Source of the DNA: an uncultured Actinomycetota bacterium
GTDB lineage: Bacteria; Actinomycetota; Actinomycetes; Propionibacteriales; Nocardioidaceae
Length of the DNA: 64,000 nt
Assembly (NCBI GenBank): GCA_963708945.1
Contig: CAVPUI010000011.1
Location: 87,281-151,280 of the forward strand
Reading direction: 5' to 3'
The notes under the pieces are model-generated. The model was not told where the DNA came from. It did not search any database and was given only the letters and a program-made list of their open reading frames with translations. Positions within the stretch are counted from its first letter, which is position 1; each line of letters opens with the position of its first letter. Of this stretch, positions 1 to 9,868 are shown piece by piece. A program made the position numbers and the translations under genes.

Positions 1-2318
1 CGTCCCACCGTGACCTTGCCACCGAGCTTCACCACGGAGACCGAGGTCGCCGCCTTCGTCACGACCGGCGGGGTCGCGACCGGAGGGGTCGGAGCCGGCT
101 AGGGATCGGCGTCGGGGTGGGGGTCGGAGGCGTCGGCACCGACGGGTCGGCCGCCAGCTCCACGGAGTCGGTGAACACCGCCGCGTTGCGGGCGGCGTCC
201 TTGGCCAGGGCCAGCACGGTGACGCTCTTCATCGGCCCGGTGTCACCGGCGTACTGGTAGCGGTCCATCACCACGGTGGCCCGGTACGTCCCGGGCTCGT
301 CGCCCGCGGCGAGCGTCAGCTCGTCGCCGTTCACGGTGAGCCAGACGTCGCCGGCCGCGACGTCGCTGTCGGTGCTTCACGGTCACGACCAGGCGCGGGG
401 AGGGGCCCGGTCCAGCCGACCTTCTGCACGTCCACGTCGAGACCGGGTGCGGTCACGTCGGTCCGGTTCTCCGGACGCTGCGCGGCATCGGAGGCCAGGG
501 TGACGACGTCCTGGGTCAGCGCGGGCGTGCGCGGAGCAGGCACGCGGTGCTGCGTGGCCTGCTCGTAGTCGTAGGCGATCGAGAGCAGCTCGTTGTCGGT
601 GTAGGGCACGCCCGCGAAGGTGACGTTCATCGGCATGGCGATGTCGGAGAGCAGTCCCATGGGCACGGAGACGCTGGGCAGGCCGAAGATGCGCATCACG
701 TGGTCGGTGGCCGAGCGGCCGACGCCGTAGGCGTGCGCGGCGGTGTTGGAGGCGACGTTGACGTCGGCGTTGGCCTTGCCGATGTCGGCCACGGACGGGA
801 ACGCCAGGAGGTCGAGGTCGTTCGCCTCGAGCCAGGCGTCGAAGTCCTCCTCACGGGTCCGGTCCCAGCCCTCGACGGCCTCACGCAGGCCGGGCACCGA
901 GAAGAGGTCCTCGGGCATCCGGGTCTTGATCGCCTCGATCCGGTTGGCGTACGACCGGGTGGTCGCGTCCGGGTCGGCCGGGAGGCGACTGGGGTAGGGG
1001 AAGACGGTGGCGGGGTCGACGTTCGCCCACGACGGGTAGTTGCTGTCCTTGTTGGACTTGAGGAACTTCTCCATCCAGAACGACGCGTAGTCGCCGGTCT
1101 CCAGGCTGCGCCACGCCGACGGCACGTAGCCGCGGGTGTACATGCTCTGCGCCCCGGGCCGGTCCTCGAAGTAGTTCTCCACGAGCGGGAAGTCGACCTC
1201 GACGACCTCGGCGCCCTGGGCGCGCAGGTCGGCGGCGGTGCGCTCCCACAGGTCGATCACCGACTGGCGGGTCTTGATCGGGGTCGTGGTCTCGGTGTCC
1301 TTGTTGAGGTAGATCCGCGGTACGCCGATCCGCTTGCCCGCCAGCGCGCTCGGTGTCCTTGAGGTCGAGGTAGGACTCGGGGCGCACGTCCTCGACGTCG
1401 GGCAGGTCGACGAACGGCTGGGTGAGCCAGAAGTCGCCGTCCGGCGAGGTGTCCTCGCGGGCCAGCACGTCCAGGACGGTCAGGGTGTCCTCGACGGTGC
1501 GGGTGTGCGGCACGACGACGTCGCGGGTCGGCCACAGGGGTGCGTTGCCCCGGATCGAGATGAGCCCGCGCGAGGGGGTGTAGGCGATCAGGGCGTTGTT
1601 GGAGGCCGGGGAGCGGCCCGAGGAGACCGTCTCCTCGCCCATCCCGAACGCCGCGAAGTTGGCCGCGGTCGACGTCCCGGAGCCGTTGGAGGAGCCGGAG
1701 CCCCAGGCCGCGGTGAGGAAGCGCGCGTTGTACGGGCTCTCCGCACGGCCGTAGACCCCGCGCTGCATGCCGCCGTTGGCGATCGGCGGCATGTTCGTCT
1801 TGCCGATCAGCAGGCCGCCCGAGTCCCGGATCGCAGCCACGGAGAACGCGTCCTCGTCCGCCACCAGGTTCTTGAACGCCGGAGAGCCGGAGGCCACGGT
1901 CAGGCCCTTGACCTTGTAGCTGTCCTTGACCGTGAACGGGATGCCGTGCAGCGGGCCGAGGACCTTGCCCTCGGCTCGGAGCCGGTCCATCCGGGCCGCC
2001 TCGGCCAGCACGTCCTCGTTGCGCACGACCACGCGAGTTCAGGGTGATCCCGCCGTGGTCGTAGGCGGCGATCCGGTTGAGGTACATGGCGGTGAGCTCG
2101 ACGCTGGTCAGCGTGCCCGACTCCAGCGCCGCGGTGATCTCCGCGATCGTCGCCTCGTTGAGGTCGAAGACGTCGGCGGCGGCTGCCGGGAGGTCCGCCG
2201 CCTGGGTCGTGGGGGCGCCTGCCAGCAGCGCCACCCCCAGGCTGACGGCTGCGCCGGTCGCCAGGAGCCGGCGGCAGGCCCGCGTCCCTGGCCTGTCCGC
2301 GTGGGGTCCATTCTTCAC
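1..2318 (-). CDS. Secreted amidase-signature family enzyme with C-terminal Pro/Thr linker and extra domain (frameshifted in sequence; runs off window start)
   Basis: Pieces in ORFs 1257..2357 (signal peptide, DLNEATIAEI), 881..2032 (GPLHGIPFTVKD, GKTNMP, GSSNGS, GEETVSSGRSPA), 331..1260 and 59..334 (PTPPTPTPTP). GTG at 2318 is preceded by SD GAAGGAG. Confidence 0.85.
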
Positions 2319-2420
2319 AGGCTCTCCTTCGGTAGGTGTGTCGCGACCAGGAGGCACCTGACGTGCGTCCGTTTGTCGAACACGGAATACCGAAAGTTAG
2401 GGAGGCTGAGTCGGGCTCCC

Positions 2421-2468
2421 GTGTCCCGTGGGTTTCGGGGCGGTGAACCGGGGGGCGCCCCCGGTGAA
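2421..2468 (-). promoter_or_regulatory. GlnR-box-like array upstream of the amidase
   Basis: Minus strand reads TTCAC-n6-GAAAC-n6-GACAC, with another TTCAC 21 bp upstream; matches the actinobacterial gTnAc-n6-GaAAc pattern. Confidence 0.5.
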
Positions 2469-2500
2469 CATCACGAAAGCAGCCCCGGAAACACGGGCGA

Positions 2501-2552
2501 ACTGGTGGGTTGGTGCCCCTGCGGGCCTGCTTCTCGGCACCAACCCACCAGT
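2501..2552. terminator. 17-bp perfect inverted repeat (terminator or REP-like) downstream of yceI
   Basis: ACTGGTGGGTTGGTGCC, 18-nt loop, GGCACCAACCCACCAGT. Confidence 0.7.
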
Positions 2553-2561
2553 GCGTGGGGG

Positions 2562-3159
2562 TCAGGCGTTCTTGATCGCCGAGATGTCGAACTCGAGCTT
2601 GATCTTCTCCGAGACCAGCACGCCGCCGGTCTCCAGCGCCGCGTTCCAGGTCAGGCCCCAGTCCTTGCGGTTGATCGTGGTGCCGCCCTCGAAGCCGAGG
2701 CGGGTGTTGCCGAACGGGTCCTGGGCGGAGCCGGTGAACTGCTCGAAGTCGATGGTGACGGGCTTGGTGACGCCCTTGATGGTCAGGTCGCCGGTGACGG
2801 TCCAGTCGGAGCCGTCGCGCGCCACGTCGGTGGAGACGAAGGTGATCTCCGGGAAGGTCTCGGCGTCGAAGAAGTCGGCCGAGTCGCAGGTGGCCGTCGC
2901 GGTCCTCGGCGCCGGTGTCGATGCTGGCGGTCTTGATCGCGATCCGGACCGAGGAGGCGGCCGGGTTCTCCGCGTCGACCCGGGCGGTGCCCTCGAACTC
3001 CTTGAACTGGCCGCGGACGGTGGTGACCATCGCGTGCCGGGCCGAGAAGCCGAGCCGCGAGTGGCTGGCGTCGATGGTGTAGTCGCCGGTCACGTCGTCG
3101 AGGACGGCGGTCGGGGCGTCGAAGGTGTCGGTGCTGCTCTTGCGGCTGAAGATGCCCAT
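2562..3159 (-). CDS. yceI: YceI family polyisoprenoid-binding protein (one frameshift near 2885)
   Basis: YTIDASHSRLGFSARHAMVTTVRGQF...RDGHLR, then GDLTIKGVTKPV...INRKDWGLTWNAALETGGVLVSEKI. Confidence 0.9.
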
Positions 3160-3244
3160 GGTGGTCTCCTGGTGGCTGCGACTCGAAGTGATTAAGAGTT
3201 CAACTAAGTGAACCAGGAGTGCAGTGGATCCATGCCGCGTCGGC

Positions 3245-3262
3245 ACGTGACCTACGTCACGT
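3245..3262. promoter_or_regulatory. CRP/GlxR-like palindrome between divergent yceI and glmS
   Basis: ACGTGA-CCTACG-TCACGT, i.e. GTGA-N6-TCAC. Confidence 0.5.
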
Positions 3263-3332
3263 ATCGATCTGCCCGAGTTCGGGCAGATTCTTGCTGCGCT
3301 CCGGATCGGCCCTCATGCTGGAGGATGTGCCC

Positions 3333-3404
3333 ATGCGACAGAGCCCGGACGACGACGCCCTGCTGCGGCACCACCCGGGTGGGCGCCGGATCATCTACGG
3401 CTGA
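3333..3404 (+). CDS. Putative 23-aa leader peptide MRQSPDDDALLRHHPGGRRIIYG upstream of glmS
   Basis: Own SD GGAGG 8 nt before the ATG; GC3-rich codons; stop lies 21 nt before the glmS ATG. Confidence 0.5.
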   Translation: MRQSPDDDALLRHHPGGRRIIYG

Positions 3405-3425
3405 CCGCCCCAGGAGGCACCCCGC

Positions 3426-5231
3426 ATGTGTGGAATCGTCGGCTACGTCGGCCCTCAGGACGCGCCCCCGCTGCTCGTCGAGGGGCTCGCGCGGCTCGAG
3501 TACCGCGGCTACGACTCGGCCGGCCTGGCCGTGCTCGCCGACCGGGACAAGCTGCGCGTGGTCAAGCGGGCGGGCCGCGTCCGCGACCTGGTCGAGCACC
3601 TGCCTCAGGGGTTCGGCGGGTACGCCGGCATCGGGCACACCCGCTGGGCCACCCACGGACCCGCCACCGACGTCAACGCCCACCCGCACACCGACGCCAC
3701 CGGCCGGGTGGCGGTGGTGCACAACGGGATCCTGGACAACGCCTACGAGCTGCGCGCCCGGCTGGCGGCCGACGGGGTCGAGCTGGTCAGCGACACCGAC
3801 ACCGAGGTGATCGCCCACCTGGTGGGTCGCTCGCAGGCCGCCACGCTGCAGGAGAAGGTGGCCGAGGCCCTCGGCCAGGTCCACGGCACCTGGGGGCTGG
3901 CCGTCCTGCACGCCGACCACCCCGGCGAGATCGTCGCGGCACGCAACGGCAGCCCGCTGATCCTCGGGGTCGGCAACGGCGAGATGTACGTCGCCTCGGA
4001 CCTGGCCGCGATCGTGCGGCACACCACGACCGTGGTGCTGCTCGACGACGGCGAGCTGGCCACGGTGACCGAGCAGAGCTTCCGCACCACCGGCGGCAAG
4101 GCGGCCAGCCGGATCGAGGTCGACCCCGCGGCGTACGAGACCGGGGAGCACGCGTCCTTCATGCTCAAGGAGATCCTCGAGCAGCCCGAGACCGCGTCGC
4201 GGGTGCTGCAGGGCCGGTTGGACGAGCGGTTCGGCACCACCCACCTGGGCGGCCTGGAGATGACCCCGCACGAGACCCGGGCGTTCCGCCGGGTCAAGGT
4301 GCTCGGCTGCGGCTCGGCCTACTACGTGGGCCAGATGGGCGCCGGGCTGATCGAGGAGCTGGCCCGGATCCCCGCCCACGCCGAGCCGGCCAGCGAGTTC
4401 CGCTACCGCAACCCCGTCGTCGAGGGCGACACCCTCTACGTCGCGGTCAGCCAGTCCGGGGAGACCCTCGACACCCTCCTCGCGGTCGAGGAGATCAAGC
4501 GCAAGGGCGGCCGGGTGATCGGGCTGGTCAACGTCGTCGGCAGTGCGATCGCCCGGGCCTGCGACGGCGGGATCTACCTGCACGCCGGCCCCGAGGTGGC
4601 GGTCGCGAGCACCAAGGCGGTGACCAACATGTTCCTCGGCTTCGCGCTGCTCGCGCTGCACCTGGGCCGGGTCCGTGACCTGTCGGTCGCCGAGGGCCGG
4701 CGCCTGGTCGAGGGGCTGGAGGCGCTCCCGGCCAAGATCGCGGAGATCCTGGTGCACGAGGACGAGCTCGCCGTGCTGGCCGGCGAGCTGGCCAAGGCCG
4801 ACTCGCTCTTCTTCATCGGCCGGGTACGCGGCTACCCCGTGGCCCGGGAGGGGGCGCAGAAGTTCAAGGAGATCAGCTACCGGCACGCCGAGGCCTACCC
4901 CGCCTCCGAGCTCAAGCACGGCCCGCTGGCGCTGATCGGGCCAGCCATGCCCACGGTGGCGATCGTGCCCGACGACGAGCTGGCCAGTCGCAACGTCGGT
5001 GCCCTGGAGGAGGTCGCCGCGCGCGGCGGCCCGCTGGTCGTGGTCACCCAGCCCGGGGTCGACCTCGGTGGGGTGCAGGTGACCCGGATCGACGTCCCGG
5101 CCAGCGAGGTCGAGCTCTCCCCGCTGCTGCTCACCATCCCGCTGCAGCTCCTGGCCTACCAGGCGGCGCTCGCGCTGGGCCACGACATCGACAAGCCCCG
5201 CAACCTGGCCAAGTCCGTCACCGTGGAGTGA
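3426..5231 (+). CDS. glmS: Glutamine--fructose-6-phosphate aminotransferase (isomerizing)
   Basis: MCGIVG, LEYRGYDSAG, GHTRWATHG, SQSGET, ELKHGPLAL, PRNLAKSVTVE. Confidence 0.97.
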   Translation: MCGIVGYVGPQDAPPLLVEGLARLEYRGYDSAGLAVLADRDKLRVVKRAGRVRDLVEHLPQGFGGYAGIGHTRWATHGPATDVNAHPHTDATGRVAVVHNGILDNAYELRARLAADGVELVSDTDTEVIAHLVGRSQAATLQEKVAEALGQVHGTWGLAVLHADHPGEIVAARNGSPLILGVGNGEMYVASDLAAIVRHTTTVVLLDDGELATVTEQSFRTTGGKAASRIEVDPAAYETGEHASFMLKEILEQPETASRVLQGRLDERFGTTHLGGLEMTPHETRAFRRVKVLGCGSAYYVGQMGAGLIEELARIPAHAEPASEFRYRNPVVEGDTLYVAVSQSGETLDTLLAVEEIKRKGGRVIGLVNVVGSAIARACDGGIYLHAGPEVAVASTKAVTNMFLGFALLALHLGRVRDLSVAEGRRLVEGLEALPAKIAEILVHEDELAVLAGELAKADSLFFIGRVRGYPVAREGAQKFKEISYRHAEAYPASELKHGPLALIGPAMPTVAIVPDDELASRNVGALEEVAARGGPLVVVTQPGVDLGGVQVTRIDVPASEVELSPLLLTIPLQLLAYQAALALGHDIDKPRNLAKSVTVE

Positions 5232-5355
5232 GCTCGGCACGGCGCCCAGGCACGTTGGGCGCCGCGCCCGAGGACCGCACGCCTCGTCTGCGCCTAGGCT
5301 CCCCGGGCGGGGTGACCCGCGCCCGACCCGGCTGGGCGCGTGGCTCGGACGTAGA

Positions 5356-5389
5356 AGACCCCTTGCTGCATGGGGTCAGCAAGGGGTCT
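5356..5389. terminator. 13-bp hairpin between glmS and gabD
   Basis: AGACCCCTTGCTG, 8-nt loop, CAGCAAGGGGTCT. Confidence 0.6.
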
Positions 5390-5490
5390 GGGGTGAACTC
5401 TACAGAACTGGTCGTGCCCACCGGGGTGGTAGTCAAGGTTTTACCCATGTGTATGGACCAGGTCGTGAGGGTCGAGGAGAGGGAGAGGCG

Positions 5491-6957
5491 ATGACGCAGA
5501 CGCGCGCAACCAGGGACGGCTTGGCGGGCGTGGAGACCCGCCTCTTCATCGGCGGGACGTGGCGCGACGCCGACGACTCCGCCACGATCGACGTGATCGA
5601 CCCGGCCGACGGCTCGGTGCTCGCCTCGGTCGCCGACGGCGGCACCGCGGAGGCGCTGGCGGCGCTGGACGCGGCCGCGGGCGCCCAGGCGGCCTGGGCG
5701 GCGACGCCCCCGCGCGAGCGCGGCGAGCTGCTGCGTGCGGCGTACGAGCGGGTGGCCGAGCGGGCCGACGAGTTCGCCCGGGTGATCAGCCTGGAGATGG
5801 GCAAGCCGCTCGCCGAGGCTAAGGGCGAGGTCACCTACGGCAACGAGTTCCTCCGCTGGTTCTCCGAGGAGGCCGTCCGGGTGCACGGCCGGTGGATGGA
5901 GAACCCGGCCGGCGGCAGCCGGATGCTCACCATGAAGAAGCCGGTGGGTCCGTGCCTGTTCATCACCCCGTGGAACTTCCCGCTGGCGATGGGCACCCGC
6001 AAGATCGGCCCCGCGCTGGCCGCCGGCTGCACGGTGGTGGTCAAGCCGGCCAGCCAGACGCCGCTGACGATGCTGCTGCTCGCCCAGGTGCTCGAGGAGG
6101 TCGGCGTGCCGCCCGGCGTGGTCAACGTGGTGACCACCAGCTCCTCCCGCGAGGTGGGCGCCGCGCTGATGGCCGACCCGCGGCTGCGCAAGGTCAGCTT
6201 CACCGGCTCCACCGAGGTCGGCCGCGGCCTGATCGCCCAGTCGGCCGAGCACCTGCAGCGGATCTCGATGGAGCTCGGCGGCAACGCCCCGTTCCTGGTC
6301 TTCGAGGACGCCGACCTGGACGCCGCGGTCGAGGGCGCGATGGTCGCCAAGATGCGCAACATGGGCGAGGCCTGCACCGCCGCCAACCGGTTCCTGGTGC
6401 ACGAGTCGGTCGCCGAGGAGTTCGGCCGCCGGCTGGCCGAGCGGATGGGCGCCCTCACCGTCGGTCGCGGCCAGGACGACGGCGTCGACGTCGGGCCGCT
6501 GATCGACGCCGACGCCGTGGAGTCCGTCGGCTCGCTGGTCTCCGACGCGGTCGACGAGGGGGCCCGGGTGCTCACCGGCGGCAAGCCCGCCGAGGGGCCG
6601 GGATGGTTCTTCCCGCCCACGGTGCTGGTCGACGTCCCCGCGGAGGCGCAGATCAACCGGTACGAGATCTTCGGGCCGGTCGCCCCGATCACCACCTTCG
6701 CCACCGAGGAGGAGGCGGTCGCCGCCGCCAACTCCAGCGAGTACGGGCTGGTCGCCTACGCCTACACCCGCGACCTGACCCGCTCCCTGCGGGTCAGCGA
6801 GGCGCTCGACTTCGGCATGGTCGGGCTCAACACCGGCATCGTCTCCAACGCCGCGGCCCCGTTCGGCGGGGTCAAGGCCAGCGGCTTCGGCCGGGAGGGC
6901 GGGTTCGAGGGGATCGAGGAGTACCTCGACACCACCTACGTGGCGATCCCGCTCTGA
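5491..6957 (+). CDS. gabD: NAD(P)-dependent succinate-semialdehyde dehydrogenase
   Basis: ITPWNFP, SFTGSTEVG, MELGGNAP, RNMGEACTAANR, EIFGP, PFGGVKASG; SD GGAGAGG. Confidence 0.9.
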   Translation: MTQTRATRDGLAGVETRLFIGGTWRDADDSATIDVIDPADGSVLASVADGGTAEALAALDAAAGAQAAWAATPPRERGELLRAAYERVAERADEFARVISLEMGKPLAEAKGEVTYGNEFLRWFSEEAVRVHGRWMENPAGGSRMLTMKKPVGPCLFITPWNFPLAMGTRKIGPALAAGCTVVVKPASQTPLTMLLLAQVLEEVGVPPGVVNVVTTSSSREVGAALMADPRLRKVSFTGSTEVGRGLIAQSAEHLQRISMELGGNAPFLVFEDADLDAAVEGAMVAKMRNMGEACTAANRFLVHESVAEEFGRRLAERMGALTVGRGQDDGVDVGPLIDADAVESVGSLVSDAVDEGARVLTGGKPAEGPGWFFPPTVLVDVPAEAQINRYEIFGPVAPITTFATEEEAVAAANSSEYGLVAYAYTRDLTRSLRVSEALDFGMVGLNTGIVSNAAAPFGGVKASGFGREGGFEGIEEYLDTTYVAIPL

Positions 6958-7575
6958 CGCGGGCCGAGCGCGCCGGGGGCCAGGTGCCGCTCGACCAGCT
7001 CGTGCAGCTCGGCCATCAGCGCGTCCTCACCGACCTCGTCGTCGACCATCGTGTGCAGGCTCAGCACGAACCCGTGCCCGAGCAGCAGCATGGTGCGGGC
7101 GATCGCGACCGGGTCGCCCTCGCGGACCGTGCCCCGGGCCTGCTGCTCGGCGATCCGGCCGGTGAGCGCCTCGAGGATGGCCTGCTGGCTGCGGCCGCGC
7201 CGGGCGAGCAGGTAGGGCAGCAGCAGCTCGGGGTCGAGCTCGATGATCCGGCGGAAGAGCGGGTTGCGCCGCAGCTGCTCGACCACGGCGACCGCGCCGT
7301 CGGCGATGGAGCCGGTGAGCGTGGAGGTGGCCACCACCGCCCCCCACTCGCGGGCCATCAGGTCGCCCATCAGCGCGCTCATGTCGGGCCAGGCCCGGTA
7401 GATCGTCATCCGGCTCACGCCCGCCCGGCGCGCCACCGCGGTGAGCGTCGTACGCCGCCAGCCGACGTCGAGGATGCAGGCGTGCGCAGCGTCCAGGTAG
7501 GGGTCCTTGCGCGGGTCCAGGCCCGCGGACCGCGCGAGCCGCGCCTCCAGCCGTTGGGCTGCCGTCGTGTTCCAT
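6936..7575 (-). CDS. TetR/AcrR family regulator (start uncertain)
   Basis: In-frame extension of ORF 6936..7436 reads DPYLDAAHACILDVGWRRTTLTAVARRAGVSRMTIYRAW (HTH). Confidence 0.85.
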
Positions 7576-7728
7576 CGTTCCCCCCGAGAGTGACGTAGTG
7601 CGATGGTGTGTCACACACAGCCAACCACGTCGTGCGCCCTGCCGCCCAGCGTTCTGGACGGGTCCGGAGCGCAGTCTTGTGCAGAGGCTGGGCGCCGCGC
7701 CCAGACGTCCGGCCCTCGAACAGGGCGC

Positions 7729-8439
7729 TCAGGCAGGCAGGGTCCAGAGCAGGAGCTCGGTGTCGGTGACCGCCTCGACCGCCAGGTCCGCGGCGTCCCC
7801 GGCCTCCCAGAGCCGGACCGCGTCGCCGGGCTCGACCAGAGCCGGGCTCGCGCCCGCGCCGGGCAGCAGCCGCACCGTGCCCGAGGCGGCGAACAGGTGG
7901 TGCCGCGGGCTGGCCGGCAGCGGGTGGGTGGTGCCGGCGGCCAGGGTGCCGATCCAGAGCGTGGCGCCCGCCGTGCCGACCGGCACCTCGGCGCCCTCGC
8001 CGGCGACCGGGACCAGGCCCGGCCCGGCCAGGCCGGAGGCGGTGAACCGCGCCGGCGGCTCGCCGAGCTCGTCGGGCCGCAGCCACGACTGCACGAACCG
8101 GGTCGGCTGGGCGGAGGTGTCGGCGATCTCGGCGTGGGTGATCCCCGACCCGGCGGACTGCACCTGCACGGTGCCCGCCGGGAGCAGCGAGCGCTCGCCG
8201 AGGGAGTCGGTGTGCACCAGCTGGCCGCGCAGCACCCAGGTGACCAGCTCGACCTCGGCGTGGGAGTGGTCGGGGAAGCCGGCCCCCCACGAGAGGTGGT
8301 GGTCGTCGTGGGCGATCAGCGGCCCGAACGCGACGTTCTCCGGGTCGTAGAACTCCCCGAACGAGAACGAGTGGTGCGTGACGCGGTCCGGGTGCCGGGA
8401 GGCGAACCTTTCGGATCCGGCGTACACGCTCATCTGCAT
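7729..8439 (-). CDS. Pirin family protein
   Basis: HSFSFGEFYDP, GFPDHSH, HTDSLG, QSAGSGITHAE. Confidence 0.9.
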   Translation of the reverse strand: MQMSVYAGSERFASRHPDRVTHHSFSFGEFYDPENVAFGPLIAHDDHHLSWGAGFPDHSHAEVELVTWVLRGQLVHTDSLGERSLLPAGTVQVQSAGSGITHAEIADTSAQPTRFVQSWLRPDELGEPPARFTASGLAGPGLVPVAGEGAEVPVGTAGATLWIGTLAAGTTHPLPASPRHHLFAASGTVRLLPGAGASPALVEPGDAVRLWEAGDAADLAVEAVTDTELLLWTLPA

Positions 8440-8456
8440 CCGGATATCGTCTCTGG

Positions 8457-9824
8457 GTGACCTTCCCCAGCACGCACCGGGGGGTGGGGGAGTTCCCCCT
8501 GCTTCCGGCCGGCTTCCAGTTCGGCACGGCGACGGCCGCCTACCAGGTGGAGGGCGCGGCGGCCGAGGACGGCCGCGGCCCGAGCGTCTGGGACACCTGG
8601 AGCGCGGTGCCCGGTCACGTGGCCGACGGCAGCACCGGCGAGGTCGCCAGCGACCACTACCACCGGGTCGAGGAGGACGTGGCGCTGCTCGCGGGGCTGG
8701 GCGCCCCCGGCTACCGGTTCTCCATCTCCTGGCCCCGGGTGCTGCCCACCGGCGCGGGCCAGGTCAACGCCGCCGGGCTGGACTTCTACGACCGGCTGGT
8801 CGACTCGCTGCTCGCGCACGGGCTCTCGCCGATGGCCACCCTGTTCCACTACGACCTGCCCCAGGCCCTGGAGGACGACGGGGGCTGGCTCAACCGGGCC
8901 ACCGCCGACCGGTTCGCCGAGTACGCCGCGGTCGTCGGCGAGCGGCTCGCCGACCGGGTCGCGCACTGGGTGCCGGTCAACGACCCCAGCGTGGTGACGA
9001 TGTTCGGCTACGGCGAGGGACGGCACGCCCCCGGCAAGGCCCTGCTCTTCGACTGCCTGCCGGTCGCCCACCACCTGCTGCTCGCGCACGGCCGCGCCAC
9101 CCAGGCGCTCCGGGCGGCGGGTGCGGCCAGCGTCGGCTGCGCCAACAACCACGCGCCGATCTGGCCGGCCAGCGAGGACGAGGCCGACACCGGGGTCAGC
9201 AAGGTCTTCGACCAGATGTGGAACGGGCTCTTCCTCGAGCCGATGCTGCTCGGCCGCTACCCGGTCGACCTGGCCCCGCTGATGGAGGACGTGGTCGCTC
9301 CCGGCGACATGGCCACCATCCGCCAGCCGCTCGACTTCTACGGGATCAACTACTACTACCCGGCGCGGATCGCCGCGGCCCCCGAGGAGCAGGAGAACCC
9401 CTTCCAGTTCGTCGAGGTGCTGGGCCACCCGCAGACCGACGCGGGCTCGCCGGTGGTGCCGGACGCGCTCCGGGAGTTCCTGATCATCTTCCGCGCCCGC
9501 TACCGGGCGGCGCTCCCGCCGATCTTCATCACCGAGTGCGGGGCGGCGTACAACACCGAGCCGGACGAGCACGGCGTCGTCGACGACCAGCCGCGGATCG
9601 ACTTCTACGACGCGCACCTGCGCGCGGTCTCCGAGGCGGTCAACCGCGGCGTCGACGTGCGCGCCTTCTACGCCTGGTCGCTGCTCGACTGCTTCGAGTG
9701 GGCCAAGGGCCTGGAGCACCGGTTCGGGCTGGTGCACGTCGACTTCGAGACCCAGCAGCGGACGCCGAAGCGCTCCTACGAGTGGTTCGCCGCGATGGTC
9801 GCCTCCCAGCCCGTCGACCGCTGA
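8457..9824 (+). CDS. GH1 beta-glucosidase-like glycoside hydrolase
   Basis: FGTATAAYQVEG, DHYHR, YRFSISWPR, ITECG, WSLLDCFEW, RFGLVHVDF; the acid/base motif reads NDP. Confidence 0.92.
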   Translation: MTFPSTHRGVGEFPLLPAGFQFGTATAAYQVEGAAAEDGRGPSVWDTWSAVPGHVADGSTGEVASDHYHRVEEDVALLAGLGAPGYRFSISWPRVLPTGAGQVNAAGLDFYDRLVDSLLAHGLSPMATLFHYDLPQALEDDGGWLNRATADRFAEYAAVVGERLADRVAHWVPVNDPSVVTMFGYGEGRHAPGKALLFDCLPVAHHLLLAHGRATQALRAAGAASVGCANNHAPIWPASEDEADTGVSKVFDQMWNGLFLEPMLLGRYPVDLAPLMEDVVAPGDMATIRQPLDFYGINYYYPARIAAAPEEQENPFQFVEVLGHPQTDAGSPVVPDALREFLIIFRARYRAALPPIFITECGAAYNTEPDEHGVVDDQPRIDFYDAHLRAVSEAVNRGVDVRAFYAWSLLDCFEWAKGLEHRFGLVHVDFETQQRTPKRSYEWFAAMVASQPVDR

Positions 9825-9868
9825 GCCGCCCCCGTCCCCGGTCCTGGCGCAGCCACTAGGCTGCGCGC

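Noticed and set aside
3190-3425. glmS ribozyme upstream of glmS
   Set aside because: I cannot find the conserved ribozyme core or its P1-P2 pseudoknot arrangement by eye; a uORF explains the region better. An Rfam scan would settle it.
3252-5240. Long antisense and alternate-frame ORFs throughout the window
   Set aside because: Shadow ORFs typical of high-GC DNA: Arg/Pro/Gly-rich or mirror composition, no motifs, and they overlap well-supported genes.
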